Source: a virus. Taken from it: 54,577 nucleotides of DNA. The notes under the pieces are model-generated. The model was not told the DNA's origin, ran no database searches, and saw nothing but the letters and a program-made list of their open reading frames with translations. Within the stretch, counting starts at the first letter, position 1, and each line of letters starts with the position of its first letter. Shown piece after piece: positions 18,042 through 27,670 of this stretch. A program made the translations under genes and the position numbers. The stretch is taken from the UHGV virus genome UHGV-0031053, one strand, 5' to 3'.

Positions 18042-18120
18042 CCCCACCCCGGGGGAGGGTATCGCAAAAGACACCCCCTCCCCGTATCGGGTCGGTCCTA
18101 AAAAATTCCCCACGGGAAAA
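18042..18120. other. GC-rich structured island in AT-rich DNA (hairpin GGGGAGGG/CCCTCCCC), candidate cos/packaging site or structured RNA
   Basis: CCCCACCCCGGGGGAGGGTATCGCAAAAGACACCCCCTCCCCG, then a second imperfect palindrome AAAATTCCCCACGGGAAAATTTT. Lies directly upstream of terS, HNH and terL. Confidence 0.4.
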
Positions 18121-18315
18121 TTTTACCAAAAGTTTTTGATATTTTAGTGGACATTTAGTCGAGTATATGAGGCTCTTTTGCATAACCTCTTTCTTTGCAA
18201 TTTTTCCTCCCATGCTCTTCTCCTTTTCAGCATCTGGGAGTCCTTGTATACTCTGCTAAATGCCTACCTAAAGTGTTTTAAACTTATATTAAACTATATG
18301 GAAAAGGAGTATAAC

Positions 18316-18654
18316 ATGCCTACAAATAGAGCTAAAAACATAGGTTCTGGCGAATTGCCTCCAAAAAGACCAGCTCTTACACCAGAGGCACGTGAGAATC
18401 AAATGATATCCTTGGCTTTTGATGCTGCTGAACGTCAATTAAGGGATGGAACAGCATCTGCACAAGTCATAACTCATTTTCTAAAGCTCGCTACAGTTAG
18501 AGAGCAAAAGGAACTTGAAAAAATTGAATTAGAAAAGCAACTTCTTGAAGCTAAGAAGGGTGCAATTGAATCCGAACAGCATGCTTCAGAATTATTTGAT
18601 GAAGCTATTAAGGCTTTCAGTACATATTCTGGAGGAGGCAATAAAAGTGAATGA
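18316..18654 (+). CDS. terS: putative terminase small subunit
   Basis: ORF track frame 18178-18654. ATG 18316 sits 6 nt after AAGGAG. Small helical protein (EKIELEKQLLEAKK coiled coil) immediately upstream of HNH and TerL. Confidence 0.45.
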   Translation: MPTNRAKNIGSGELPPKRPALTPEARENQMISLAFDAAERQLRDGTASAQVITHFLKLATVREQKELEKIELEKQLLEAKKGAIESEQHASELFDEAIKAFSTYSGGGNKSE

Positions 18655-19081
18655 TATTAAACTACGAACATATAGTGAACTCAAAGAATTAAAGACATAT
18701 AAAGAGAGATTTAATTATTTGAAGATACATAATGCTGGTGTTGGTATCAGCACATTCGGATTTGATAGATATTTGAATCAGGATTTTTATAAATCAAAAG
18801 AATGGAAGCGAGTTCGTGATGAAGTAATAGTCCGTGACAATTGTTGCGACCTAGGCATTGAAGGTCGTGAGATATGCGGCAAGGTATATGTCCATCATAT
18901 GAACCCTTTAACGGTAGAGGACGTAAAATTTTCTACCGATTTTTTATTGAATCCTGAATACCTAATTTGTGTTTCACACGAAACGCACAACGCCATACAT
19001 TATGGCGATGATGCCATACTTGATAAGTATGAGTATAAAGAAAGAGAAAAAAATGACACTTGTCCTTGGAGGAAGAAATGA
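18647..19081 (+). CDS. HNH endonuclease
   Basis: ORF track frame 18545-19081. GTG 18647 sits 8 nt after GGAGGAGG. CCDLG...CGKVYVHHMNP...SHETHNAIHY is an HNH/Zn motif. The terS-HNH-terL arrangement is typical of cos-type packaging. Confidence 0.7.
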   Translation: MNDIKLRTYSELKELKTYKERFNYLKIHNAGVGISTFGFDRYLNQDFYKSKEWKRVRDEVIVRDNCCDLGIEGREICGKVYVHHMNPLTVEDVKFSTDFLLNPEYLICVSHETHNAIHYGDDAILDKYEYKEREKNDTCPWRKK

Positions 19082-19428
19082 AGAATTACGATGATTCAAT
19101 ATTGAATGATGTCAAGAAATCGTTAGGTATGACTCCAGAATATGATGCATTTGATAATGACTTGATTTTGCACATAAACACAGTGTTTTCAACCTATCGA
19201 CAAATGGGAATAGGTCCACAAGATGGTTTCTCAATACAAGATGAGAATGCTACATGGCAAGATTATCTAGGGGATAGATTAGCATTACTTGAACAAGTAA
19301 AAACATGCACTTGTTTAAAAGTAAGATTGCTATTTGATCCACCATCAAGTTCAGTTCACTTAGATTCTATGAACAAAATAATAGCTGAGCTTGAGTATAG
19401 AATGTATATAGAAGAAGGAGGTTACTAG
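19078..19428 (+). CDS. hypothetical protein (possible gp6-like head-tail connector/DNA-packaging protein)
   Basis: ORF track frame 19060-19428. ATG 19078 overlaps the HNH stop (ATGA). LNDVKKSLGMT...DNDLILHINTVFSTYRQ resembles the gp6-like connector N-terminal pattern. Confidence 0.3.
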   Translation: MKNYDDSILNDVKKSLGMTPEYDAFDNDLILHINTVFSTYRQMGIGPQDGFSIQDENATWQDYLGDRLALLEQVKTCTCLKVRLLFDPPSSSVHLDSMNKIIAELEYRMYIEEGGY

Positions 19429-19430
19429 TT

Positions 19431-19970
19431 ATGGATTTCTTTGGATTGAGTTATTTAATGCACCATGGCATAAAAGGTCAAAAATGGGGTGAAAGAAATT
19501 ATCAAAATTTGGATGGTTCTTTAACTGATGCTGGTAAAGCTCGCTATAGTAAATCATCAAATAAAGATAATGACAAGAACCAGAAGAATAGCAATACTAA
19601 TAAGCAAGATAAGAAAAACAATAACAAAAAGAAAGAATTCGATTATAAAGATGCTTCTGAAGTATTAAATAATACATCAAAAGTGTTTAAAGATAGTTCT
19701 AATTTATTAAAAACTGGTAACGGCAAATACATTAAAAAAGATTACTCAAATATTTCTGATGAAGAATTAAAGATGCGTATTCGTAGACTTGAAATGGAAA
19801 AGAAATATGGAGATTTAACTGGTGATACAAAATATATTCGTTCCGGTAGCGAAAAAATAAAAGATGTCATCGGTACTGTAGGTGCTATTGTTGGTATAGC
19901 TGGCACAACAGTTATGATAGCTCAAGGTATACATAATATGAAAAAATCAAAGTCTGGAGGTAAATCATAA
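19431..19970 (+). CDS. small protein with HHGIKGQKWG N-terminal motif, K/N-rich linker and C-terminal TM helix (motif family member 1)
   Basis: LMHHGIKGQKWGERNY. Hydrophobic segment VIGTVGAIVGIAGTTVMIAQGI. Confidence 0.5.
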   Translation: MDFFGLSYLMHHGIKGQKWGERNYQNLDGSLTDAGKARYSKSSNKDNDKNQKNSNTNKQDKKNNNKKKEFDYKDASEVLNNTSKVFKDSSNLLKTGNGKYIKKDYSNISDEELKMRIRRLEMEKKYGDLTGDTKYIRSGSEKIKDVIGTVGAIVGIAGTTVMIAQGIHNMKKSKSGGKS

Positions 19971-20410
19971 TGGACTATATTGATGTGCATGAGTTATACC
20001 ATTATGGAGTGCCGGGAATGAAATGGGGGCATCATAAAACTCCAAAAGTTATGGTATCTAATGGAAATCGAAGAAAAAATGGTCAACAGACAGAAGAAAA
20101 GAAGAAAGAAAAGAAACCATTTCTTTATAATAGAGCTGTTAAGACTAGTAAACAATTAGAAAAATTTTCTGAAAGAATACCGGGAATTAGAAAAATAGCT
20201 TATACAAAAGAACTTTCTAAAGACCAACATGCTACACGTGGTTATGCATTTATGGCGACTGTATTAGCAGCTGGAATCGCTACTAAGGTGACTATTGGTG
20301 CAATTCGTAAGCATAAAGGTATTACACCTATTACACCTCTAGAGACGAAAAAAAATGGAACAGTTGTTGATGCAGTTTTAAAAGATATTCCTAAAAAATC
20401 CAAAGCATAA
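19970..20410 (+). CDS. small protein with YHYGVPGMKWG N-terminal motif and TM helix (motif family member 2)
   Basis: LYHYGVPGMKWGHHKT. Hydrophobic segment YAFMATVLAAGIATKVTIGAI. ATG overlaps the upstream stop. Confidence 0.5.
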   Translation: MDYIDVHELYHYGVPGMKWGHHKTPKVMVSNGNRRKNGQQTEEKKKEKKPFLYNRAVKTSKQLEKFSERIPGIRKIAYTKELSKDQHATRGYAFMATVLAAGIATKVTIGAIRKHKGITPITPLETKKNGTVVDAVLKDIPKKSKA

Positions 20411-20461
20411 TAAATTGTTTCATTATTAAGAAATGTTTACTGAAAATGGTAATGGATTAAT

Positions 20462-22192
20462 ATGCTATCTAATACAGCAGTTCCCATTTATTATGGGCAA
20501 TTCAGAGATTCAGTCTTAAAAGGTGAATTACCTGTCTGTGCTACCATTTCAATGGAAATGAATCGCATAGATAAATTAATTGAAAATCCCGGTGTATTTT
20601 ATGATGATGAGGCTGTTAATGGCTTTATTTCATACTGCGAAAATGAATTAACACTGACTGATGGTTCGGATTTAAAAATGCTTGATTCATTCAAGCTATG
20701 GGCTGAACAAGTATTTGGTTGGTACTATTTCATAGAGCGAAGTGTCTTTGTACCTGATGAAGAAGGCATAGGTGGACACTATGAAAAACGCCTGATAAAG
20801 AAAAGATTAACGCAAAAGCAATTTTTAATAATACCGAGAGGTGCTGCAAAATCAATGTATGCATCTTTTATTCAAAGTTACTTTTTAAATATCGATACTA
20901 GTACTACTTATCAGGTATCAACTGCTCCTACAATGAAGCAGGCTGAAGAGGTAATGTCACCAATAAGAACCTCTATCACAAGGGCGAAAGGCCCTTTTTT
21001 TAAATTTCTAACAACTGCGAATACTCAAGGTAAAGTTAAGAAGAGAATGCTAGAATCCACCAAAAAGGGAATAGAAAACTTCTTAACAGGCTCATTACTT
21101 GAAATTAGACCTATGAGAATAGATAAACTGCAAGGTATGAGATGCAAAATAGCTACTATAGATGAGTGGCTTTCTGGAGATGTTCGAGAAGATGTAATTG
21201 GTGCAATCGAGCAAGGTGCTTCTAAATTAGACGATTGGCTAATTGTAGCAACTTCATCAGAAGGTACTGTTAGAAATGGTAGCGGTGACACAATTAAAAT
21301 GGAATTAATGTCAATTCTTAAAGGTGAATACATTAATCCACATGTATCTATTTGGTACTACAAATTAGATGCAATTGAAGAAGTTGGTAAACCTGAATTG
21401 TGGATTAAGGCTAATCCAAATTTAGGTAAAACTGTTTCATATGAAACATACCAATTGGATGTAGAGAGAGCCGAGAAGGCTCCGGCAACAAGAAATGATA
21501 TTTTGGCAAAAAGATTTAACCTTCCTATGGAGGGTTTTACATATTTCTTTGCTTATGAAGAAACAGAAGTACATCCTCATCGAGATTATTGGGGACTACC
21601 ATGCTCGTTGGGTGCAGACTTATCACAGGGTAATGACTTCTGTGCATTTGCATTTTTATTTCCATTAAATAATAGTCAATTCGGTATTAAAACATTGAGT
21701 TATATAAGTTCATTAACATTACACAAATTACCGCCAGCTCTTAGGGCTAAATATGATGAATTTATTAATGAAGGTACATTGATAGTCTTGGATGGAACAA
21801 TTCTTGATATGAATGATGTTTATGATGATTTAGATAATCATATAACAAGTCACGATTATGATGTACGTTGCTTAGGTTTCGACCCTTATAATGCAAAAGA
21901 GTTTGTCAATCGTTGGCAAACGGAAAACGGCCCATTTGGAATAGAAAAAGTATCTCAGGGGGTAAAAACGGAATCGGTACCACTTGGCGAATTGAAAAAC
22001 CTTGCAGAAGCAAGATTACTTTTATTTGATGAAAAAATAATGACTTTTACAATGGGTAATTGTATTGCTATTGAGGATACAAACGGCAATAGAAAATTAA
22101 ATAAGCAAAAAAGAGAAGCTAAAATTGATAATGTGGCAGCCTTACTGGATGCCTTTGTTGCATATAAAGCACATAAGGAGGCATTTGACTAA
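20462..22192 (+). CDS. terL: terminase large subunit
   Basis: Walker A-like IIPRGAAKSMYAS and Walker B KIATIDEW. C-terminal RNaseH-like nuclease region (CSLGADLSQGNDFCAFAF). 576 aa. Confidence 0.85.
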   Translation: MLSNTAVPIYYGQFRDSVLKGELPVCATISMEMNRIDKLIENPGVFYDDEAVNGFISYCENELTLTDGSDLKMLDSFKLWAEQVFGWYYFIERSVFVPDEEGIGGHYEKRLIKKRLTQKQFLIIPRGAAKSMYASFIQSYFLNIDTSTTYQVSTAPTMKQAEEVMSPIRTSITRAKGPFFKFLTTANTQGKVKKRMLESTKKGIENFLTGSLLEIRPMRIDKLQGMRCKIATIDEWLSGDVREDVIGAIEQGASKLDDWLIVATSSEGTVRNGSGDTIKMELMSILKGEYINPHVSIWYYKLDAIEEVGKPELWIKANPNLGKTVSYETYQLDVERAEKAPATRNDILAKRFNLPMEGFTYFFAYEETEVHPHRDYWGLPCSLGADLSQGNDFCAFAFLFPLNNSQFGIKTLSYISSLTLHKLPPALRAKYDEFINEGTLIVLDGTILDMNDVYDDLDNHITSHDYDVRCLGFDPYNAKEFVNRWQTENGPFGIEKVSQGVKTESVPLGELKNLAEARLLLFDEKIMTFTMGNCIAIEDTNGNRKLNKQKREAKIDNVAALLDAFVAYKAHKEAFD

Positions 22193-22717
22193 ATGGACTA
22201 TATTCAATTTAGTGAATTATACCATCATGGTATTAAAGGCCAATCTTGGGGTGACAAAAATGGCCCACCCTATCCTTTAGATTACGAAGACCATACAGCA
22301 GAGCAAAAAAAGAATAATCCTAAATCAACAATAGATGGTAAGTCTAGTACTAAAACTACAAGTAGTAAGACTAAGAAATCCACTTCAAATTCAACTAATT
22401 CTAATAAAAATAAAAAAATAGTTGAAAAAGAAAATGAAGCAAAAAAGAAGAAAATTCTTATTGGTGCAGGTGTGACTGCTGCTACTGTGGCTGCTGTTGC
22501 CGCTGTTGGTGTTGCTTGGTATAAAGGACAAAAAGTAGGTGCTACCAAGATGGAAACATTCTACAATAACAAAAATCATGAAAGAGTAGCAAAAGCAGCT
22601 GCTACGAGAAAAGTCAATGCGGTTAAACACGCCGGTCAAGTTAAAATTAATGGCTATGCTGATAAATTCGCAGCGATGAATTTTGATGGCGTTATTCGTA
22701 GAATGAACAAAGTATAA
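22193..22717 (+). CDS. small protein with YHHGIKGQSWG N-terminal motif, K/S/T-rich linker and TM helix (motif family member 3)
   Basis: LYHHGIKGQSWGDKNGPPY. Hydrophobic segment ILIGAGVTAATVAAVAAVGVAWY. ATG overlaps the terL stop. Confidence 0.5.
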   Translation: MDYIQFSELYHHGIKGQSWGDKNGPPYPLDYEDHTAEQKKNNPKSTIDGKSSTKTTSSKTKKSTSNSTNSNKNKKIVEKENEAKKKKILIGAGVTAATVAAVAAVGVAWYKGQKVGATKMETFYNNKNHERVAKAAATRKVNAVKHAGQVKINGYADKFAAMNFDGVIRRMNKV

Positions 22718-22752
22718 TCAGTATCTAATTTTATATCCGTGAGGTGATTGAT

Positions 22753-24030
22753 ATGAAAATATTAGATAGATTAGCCCATGCATGGAATGCATTCGTGGGC
22801 AATGAGTCAAACTGGCAAAAGTCATACAGTTATGGCTCATCCTATTCATATCGTCCTGACAGGGTCATAGTAAGTCGTGGTGCTGAACGTTCGATAGTAA
22901 ATTCAATATATAATAGAATTTCTGTAGATGTTGTATCAGTAAAAATACGACACGTATTATTAGATGATAATGATAGGTATGTTAGAGAAATTAATACATA
23001 CCTTAATAATTGCTTTAAAGTTGAAGCAAATATTGACCAATCTGCTCAACAGTTTTTATTGGATGCTGTAATGTCAATGCTTGACGAAGGTTGTGTGGCA
23101 TTAGTGCCAATAGACACAGCACTAAATCCAAATAATACAAGTTCATATGACATAGAAACATTACGTGTTGGTAAGATATTACAATGGTATCCGCAACACA
23201 TACAAGTTGAAGTATACAATGAAAGAATAGGTCGAAAGCAACAAATATTTATGCCTAAAAAAGACGTGGCAATAATAGAGAATCCGTTCTATTCGGTAAT
23301 GAATGCGCCGAATTCGACATTGCAAAGACTTATCAGAAAACTTGCTATTTTAGATGCTATTGATGAGCATAGTGGTAGCGAAAAATTGGATTTAATTATT
23401 CAATTGCCTTATATGGTTAAGACTGATGCTCGAAAGAAACAAGCAGAACAACGTAGATTGGATATCCAAGAGCAACTTGCCAATTCAAAGTATGGTATAG
23501 CTTATACAGATGGAACTGAACATATTACTCAATTAAATAGACCAGTTGAGAATAACATTCTTAAGTCCATTGAATATTTGACTAATATGCTATTCAGCCA
23601 ATTAGGTATCACTCAGTCAATCCTTGACGGAACTGCTGATGAAAAAACTATGCTTAACTATGAAAATAGAATAATTATACCTATAGTAAAAGCCATAGTC
23701 GACGAAATGAATCGTAAGTTCTTAACTAAAACTGCAAGAACAGAGAAACAAGCAATTATGTACTTTAATGATCCATTTAGGTATGTACAAATTACTAATC
23801 TTGCTGAAATAGCGGATAAGTTTACAAGAAATGAAATTATGACATCTAATGAATTACGTCAAGTCATCGGTATTAAACCATCTGATGACCCTAACGCAGA
23901 TGAATTAAGAAATAAAAATTTAAATAGTTCTGAAGCCGAGGCTCCTGCAACAGAAGAGCCAGTTGAAGAAGATGCACAAGAAGTTGAACAGCAAACAGTT
24001 AATCCTGAAGATGTTGTTCAGCTTTTTTAA
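22753..24030 (+). CDS. putative portal protein
   Basis: ORF track frame 22744 (GTG). ATG 22753 follows GAGGTGA. About 425 aa with acidic C-terminus, positioned between TerL and capsid. Confidence 0.5.
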   Translation: MKILDRLAHAWNAFVGNESNWQKSYSYGSSYSYRPDRVIVSRGAERSIVNSIYNRISVDVVSVKIRHVLLDDNDRYVREINTYLNNCFKVEANIDQSAQQFLLDAVMSMLDEGCVALVPIDTALNPNNTSSYDIETLRVGKILQWYPQHIQVEVYNERIGRKQQIFMPKKDVAIIENPFYSVMNAPNSTLQRLIRKLAILDAIDEHSGSEKLDLIIQLPYMVKTDARKKQAEQRRLDIQEQLANSKYGIAYTDGTEHITQLNRPVENNILKSIEYLTNMLFSQLGITQSILDGTADEKTMLNYENRIIIPIVKAIVDEMNRKFLTKTARTEKQAIMYFNDPFRYVQITNLAEIADKFTRNEIMTSNELRQVIGIKPSDDPNADELRNKNLNSSEAEAPATEEPVEEDAQEVEQQTVNPEDVVQLF

Positions 24031-24058
24031 TTGATATGAACTAGGAGGAAAAATCAAA

Positions 24059-25864
24059 ATGGCTAAAAAAAAATACGACTTTTGTGGTTGGGCAACCAAA
24101 TGCGGAGTCAAATGTGCTGACGGCAGAACAATTATGCCTGGTGCATTTGATGATAATAATGGTCAGACAGTTCCGCTAGTTTGGAACCATGACCACAAGT
24201 CAGCTGATAACGTATTAGGACACGCGTTATTGGAAACACGTGATAATGGCGTGTATGCGTATTGCAATTTTAATAATACTCCGCAAGGAGAAAACGCAAA
24301 GGAATTAGTTCGTAATGGCGACATTAAATCGCTATCAATATTTGCAAATAAGCTAAAGCAAAACAGCGGTGGAGAAGTATACCACGGCTATATTAGAGAA
24401 CTTAGCTTAGTGTTAGCTGGAGCAAATCCACAAGCATACATTGAAGAGATTAATATTCAGCATAGCGAAGGCTCTGATGAGTTTGAAGCTATCATCTATA
24501 CAGATGATGGTATGACTGAATTAACATTAAGCCATTCCGAAGAAGAAAAAGAGGGGGCGCTTGAACATATGGATGAAGAAAACAAGCAAAAAGAAAGTAA
24601 ACAGGAAGAAACCCAACAAGAATCAAGTGGCAAATCAATACAAGATATAATTGACACAATGAATGAAGAGCAAAAGACTGTATTGAATTACGTTGTTGGA
24701 CTTGCTGTAGAAGAAGGACAAAATGCAGACGATGAGGGGGATAATGAAATGAAACACAATGTATTTGACAATGAAGGAAATGTAATTGGTGGTGATGGTC
24801 AATACTTAAGCCACAGCGATTTAGAGCAAATCGTAGAAAACGCTAAGGCATGCGGCTCATTAAAGAAAGCATACCAAGAATATGCAAAGGATTTTGCATT
24901 ACAACATGGTATTACTAATGTTGAAAATTTAATGCCTGATTCAAAAGTATTACCTGGTCATCCTTTAACATTAAATGATGATACTGAATGGGTAAGCAAA
25001 GTTATTTCAAAGGTACATCACACACCATTTGCTAAAGTTAAGTCAAGATATTTCGATATTACAGGTGATGAAGCTAGAGCTCGTGGTTACGTTAAGGGCG
25101 ACCAAAAGATCGATGAAGTAATCACAGCATTACAAAGAGAAACTACACCTCAAACAGTTTATAAGCATCAATCAATGGATCGTGATGACATTATTGATAT
25201 TACTGACTTTGATGTTGTTGCTTATTTAAAGGCTGAAATGCAAGGTAAGCTTGACGAAGAATTAGCACGTGCATACTTAATCGGCGATGGACGTACTTTA
25301 TCTGATAAGTATAAGATTAAGCCTACTAACATCAGACCAATTTTAGGTGATGACCCTACATATTCAGTATCACTATACATTGATGCCGTTGATGGTGAAG
25401 ATGATGAAACTTTAGCAAAGAGATTCATGAAATTCGTTAAGAAGAATAGAAAGAATTATAAGGGTAAGGGTTCTCCAGACCTATTTACAACTGAAGATAT
25501 GCTAAGTTCAATTCTTTGCATTGAAGATAAGAATGGTAGAGTTATTTATGATACTGTTGAGCAAGCCGCAAGAGCAATGCGTGTAAACGACATCATCACA
25601 GTTCCACCTATGGAATTAGCTAAGAGAACAGCTGATGGTTGCGACTATAGCTGTATCGGTATTATGGTTAACTTAGCAGATTACAATGTTGGTATGAATG
25701 CTAAGGGAGATAAGGAGTTCTTCAACCAATTCGATATCGATTATAACAAAGAAAAGTACTTAATTGAAACTCGTCAATCTGGTGCATTAGTTGTTCCTAA
25801 GTCTGCTTTAACATTTGAGTTAAAGACTAAAAAAGCAACATCTTCTGACAATCATGAAAATTAA
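24059..25864 (+). CDS. prohead protease (HK97/U35-like) fused to scaffold-like acidic linker and major capsid protein
   Basis: N-terminal ~140 aa with LVWNHDH...IRELSLVLAGANPQA (U35 protease-like). Central D/E-rich segment. C-terminal ~300 aa capsid-like. 601 aa, in the capsid position. Confidence 0.55.
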   Translation: MAKKKYDFCGWATKCGVKCADGRTIMPGAFDDNNGQTVPLVWNHDHKSADNVLGHALLETRDNGVYAYCNFNNTPQGENAKELVRNGDIKSLSIFANKLKQNSGGEVYHGYIRELSLVLAGANPQAYIEEINIQHSEGSDEFEAIIYTDDGMTELTLSHSEEEKEGALEHMDEENKQKESKQEETQQESSGKSIQDIIDTMNEEQKTVLNYVVGLAVEEGQNADDEGDNEMKHNVFDNEGNVIGGDGQYLSHSDLEQIVENAKACGSLKKAYQEYAKDFALQHGITNVENLMPDSKVLPGHPLTLNDDTEWVSKVISKVHHTPFAKVKSRYFDITGDEARARGYVKGDQKIDEVITALQRETTPQTVYKHQSMDRDDIIDITDFDVVAYLKAEMQGKLDEELARAYLIGDGRTLSDKYKIKPTNIRPILGDDPTYSVSLYIDAVDGEDDETLAKRFMKFVKKNRKNYKGKGSPDLFTTEDMLSSILCIEDKNGRVIYDTVEQAARAMRVNDIITVPPMELAKRTADGCDYSCIGIMVNLADYNVGMNAKGDKEFFNQFDIDYNKEKYLIETRQSGALVVPKSALTFELKTKKATSSDNHEN

Positions 25865-25888
25865 TAACTAAGAAAAGGAGAATTCAAA

Positions 25889-26218
25889 ATGGGCAAATTT
25901 TGTGGAAAAGTAGGCTATGGAATAACCAAAGAAGATGAAGATAATCCCGGTATATGGACTACTCAAATAATTGAACGAACAATATTTGGTGAAACATTAA
26001 GTAATTACCGTCAATTAGATAGTTCATCTGGCAACCTCAATGATGATATCAACATATCAGCTAAAGTTAGTTTTGTAGCTGATCCATATGCCTATGAGAA
26101 TTACCAATATATTAAATACATTCAGTACGGAGGAGCGAAGTGGAAGGCTAAGTTTGTTGACCCTACTTCGTATCCTAGACTGATTGTAACTTTGGGAGGT
26201 TTATACAATGGGGAGTAG
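25889..26218 (+). CDS. putative head-tail joining/head completion protein
   Basis: Position between capsid and tail genes; size. Confidence 0.3.
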   Translation: MGKFCGKVGYGITKEDEDNPGIWTTQIIERTIFGETLSNYRQLDSSSGNLNDDINISAKVSFVADPYAYENYQYIKYIQYGGAKWKAKFVDPTSYPRLIVTLGGLYNGE

Positions 26219-26513
26219 AATAGATTTACACAACTTATTGGTTGAATTACTAGGCTCTAGGAATGTATATTACCAACCACCTGAAAATCTAAAACTCAAT
26301 TATCCTTGCATTGTTTATACAAGAATAATTGGTAAAAACAAGAAGGCTGATAACTTAAAGTATCTTAAAGATACTTGCTATAGAGTAACTTACATTGATA
26401 CAAAGGTTGATAGCCCTATTGTTGATAAAATTTATGATTTAAATTATTGCGAGTACGAGAACCATTTCGTATCCAATAATCTCAGTCATGATTCATTTAA
26501 ACTATACTTTTAA
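26208..26513 (+). CDS. putative head-tail joining/tail completion protein
   Basis: Position between capsid and tail genes; size. Confidence 0.3.
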   Translation: MGSRIDLHNLLVELLGSRNVYYQPPENLKLNYPCIVYTRIIGKNKKADNLKYLKDTCYRVTYIDTKVDSPIVDKIYDLNYCEYENHFVSNNLSHDSFKLYF

Positions 26514-26527
26514 GGAGGACATATAAA

Positions 26528-27196
26528 ATGTCAAAAATTGAATTTGATAAAACTGGTGAACGTTATTATGAGACTGGTGTGTCTGATTGTGCTTTATACG
26601 TTCAAGGTGCTAAAGGTGTTTATGGCACAGGTGTAGCTTGGAACGGTATCTCATCAATTAGTGAGTCACCAGAAGGTGCTGAAGTTTCATCAGTTTATGC
26701 TGATAATATTAAATATTTAAACTTGATGTCTGCTGAAGATTTTAAAGCTACTATTGAAGCTTACACATACCCAGATGAATTTGCAATTTGTGATGGTTCT
26801 GCCTCATTAGAAAATGTTCCAGGATTGAAAATTACACAACAAACAAGAAAGAAATTTGGTATTGTTTATAAATCTAAAATTGGCAATGATGTAGATGCTG
26901 AATTAGGATATAAATTACATATTGTCTACAATTGTTTGGCTGCACCAAGCGAAAGACAATATCAAACTGTAAATGACTCACCAGAGGCAATGACAATGAG
27001 TTGGTCTATTTCGACTGAACCAATTAATACTGGAGAAGCAAACCTAAAACCAACTGCTCATTTAGAGATCGATTCCACTAAGACTACACCAACTATTATG
27101 CAAAAGCTTATTGATAAATTATATGGTACTGAGGATACTGAACCTACTTTATTATTACCAAATGAAGTTATTGCATTAATGAAACAAGCAGCTTAA
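26528..27196 (+). CDS. putative major tail protein
   Basis: Position upstream of the chaperone pair and tape measure. Followed by a terminator hairpin. 222 aa. Confidence 0.45.
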   Translation: MSKIEFDKTGERYYETGVSDCALYVQGAKGVYGTGVAWNGISSISESPEGAEVSSVYADNIKYLNLMSAEDFKATIEAYTYPDEFAICDGSASLENVPGLKITQQTRKKFGIVYKSKIGNDVDAELGYKLHIVYNCLAAPSERQYQTVNDSPEAMTMSWSISTEPINTGEANLKPTAHLEIDSTKTTPTIMQKLIDKLYGTEDTEPTLLLPNEVIALMKQAA

Positions 27197-27210
27197 AAAC
27201 ATTTATATTT

Positions 27211-27250
27211 AGGGCAATTAGTATGAAAGCTACTTGCCCTTTTAATTTTT
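27211..27250 (+). terminator. rho-independent terminator after the major tail gene
   Basis: AGGGCAA...TTGCCCT stem followed by TTTAATTTTT. Confidence 0.5.
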
Positions 27251-27274
27251 AGAAGAAAAAGGAGAAAAGCAAAT

Positions 27275-27670
27275 ATGATTAAAAAAACAATTACTTATGA
27301 AGATTATGATGGAAATAAGCAAACTAGAGAATTTTACTTTGGTTTAAGTAAAGCCGAATTAATTAAGTTGGATGTAAGCAATAAAGGTGGTTTACAAAAG
27401 ACTGTAGAGCGTATCATGAATGAAAATGATGCCGAAAAGATTTATGAGTTATTCGAAACAATTATTCAAAAATCTGTTGGTAAGAAAAGTGAGGATGGTC
27501 AACGCTTCGTGAAGAGTAAAGATATGACTGATGCATTTGTTGAATCGCCTGCATATTCAGAATTGATTATGGAAATGATACAAAATCCTGAGGCTGCATC
27601 AGCATTTATTACTGGTATCTTACCTAAGGATTTACAGGAAAGTGCGAAGCAAGTTGGTTTAAATGATTAA
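27275..27670 (+). CDS. tail assembly chaperone (gpG-like)
   Basis: Position immediately upstream of the tape measure region. Acidic 131-aa protein. Confidence 0.45.
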   Translation: MIKKTITYEDYDGNKQTREFYFGLSKAELIKLDVSNKGGLQKTVERIMNENDAEKIYELFETIIQKSVGKKSEDGQRFVKSKDMTDAFVESPAYSELIMEMIQNPEAASAFITGILPKDLQESAKQVGLND

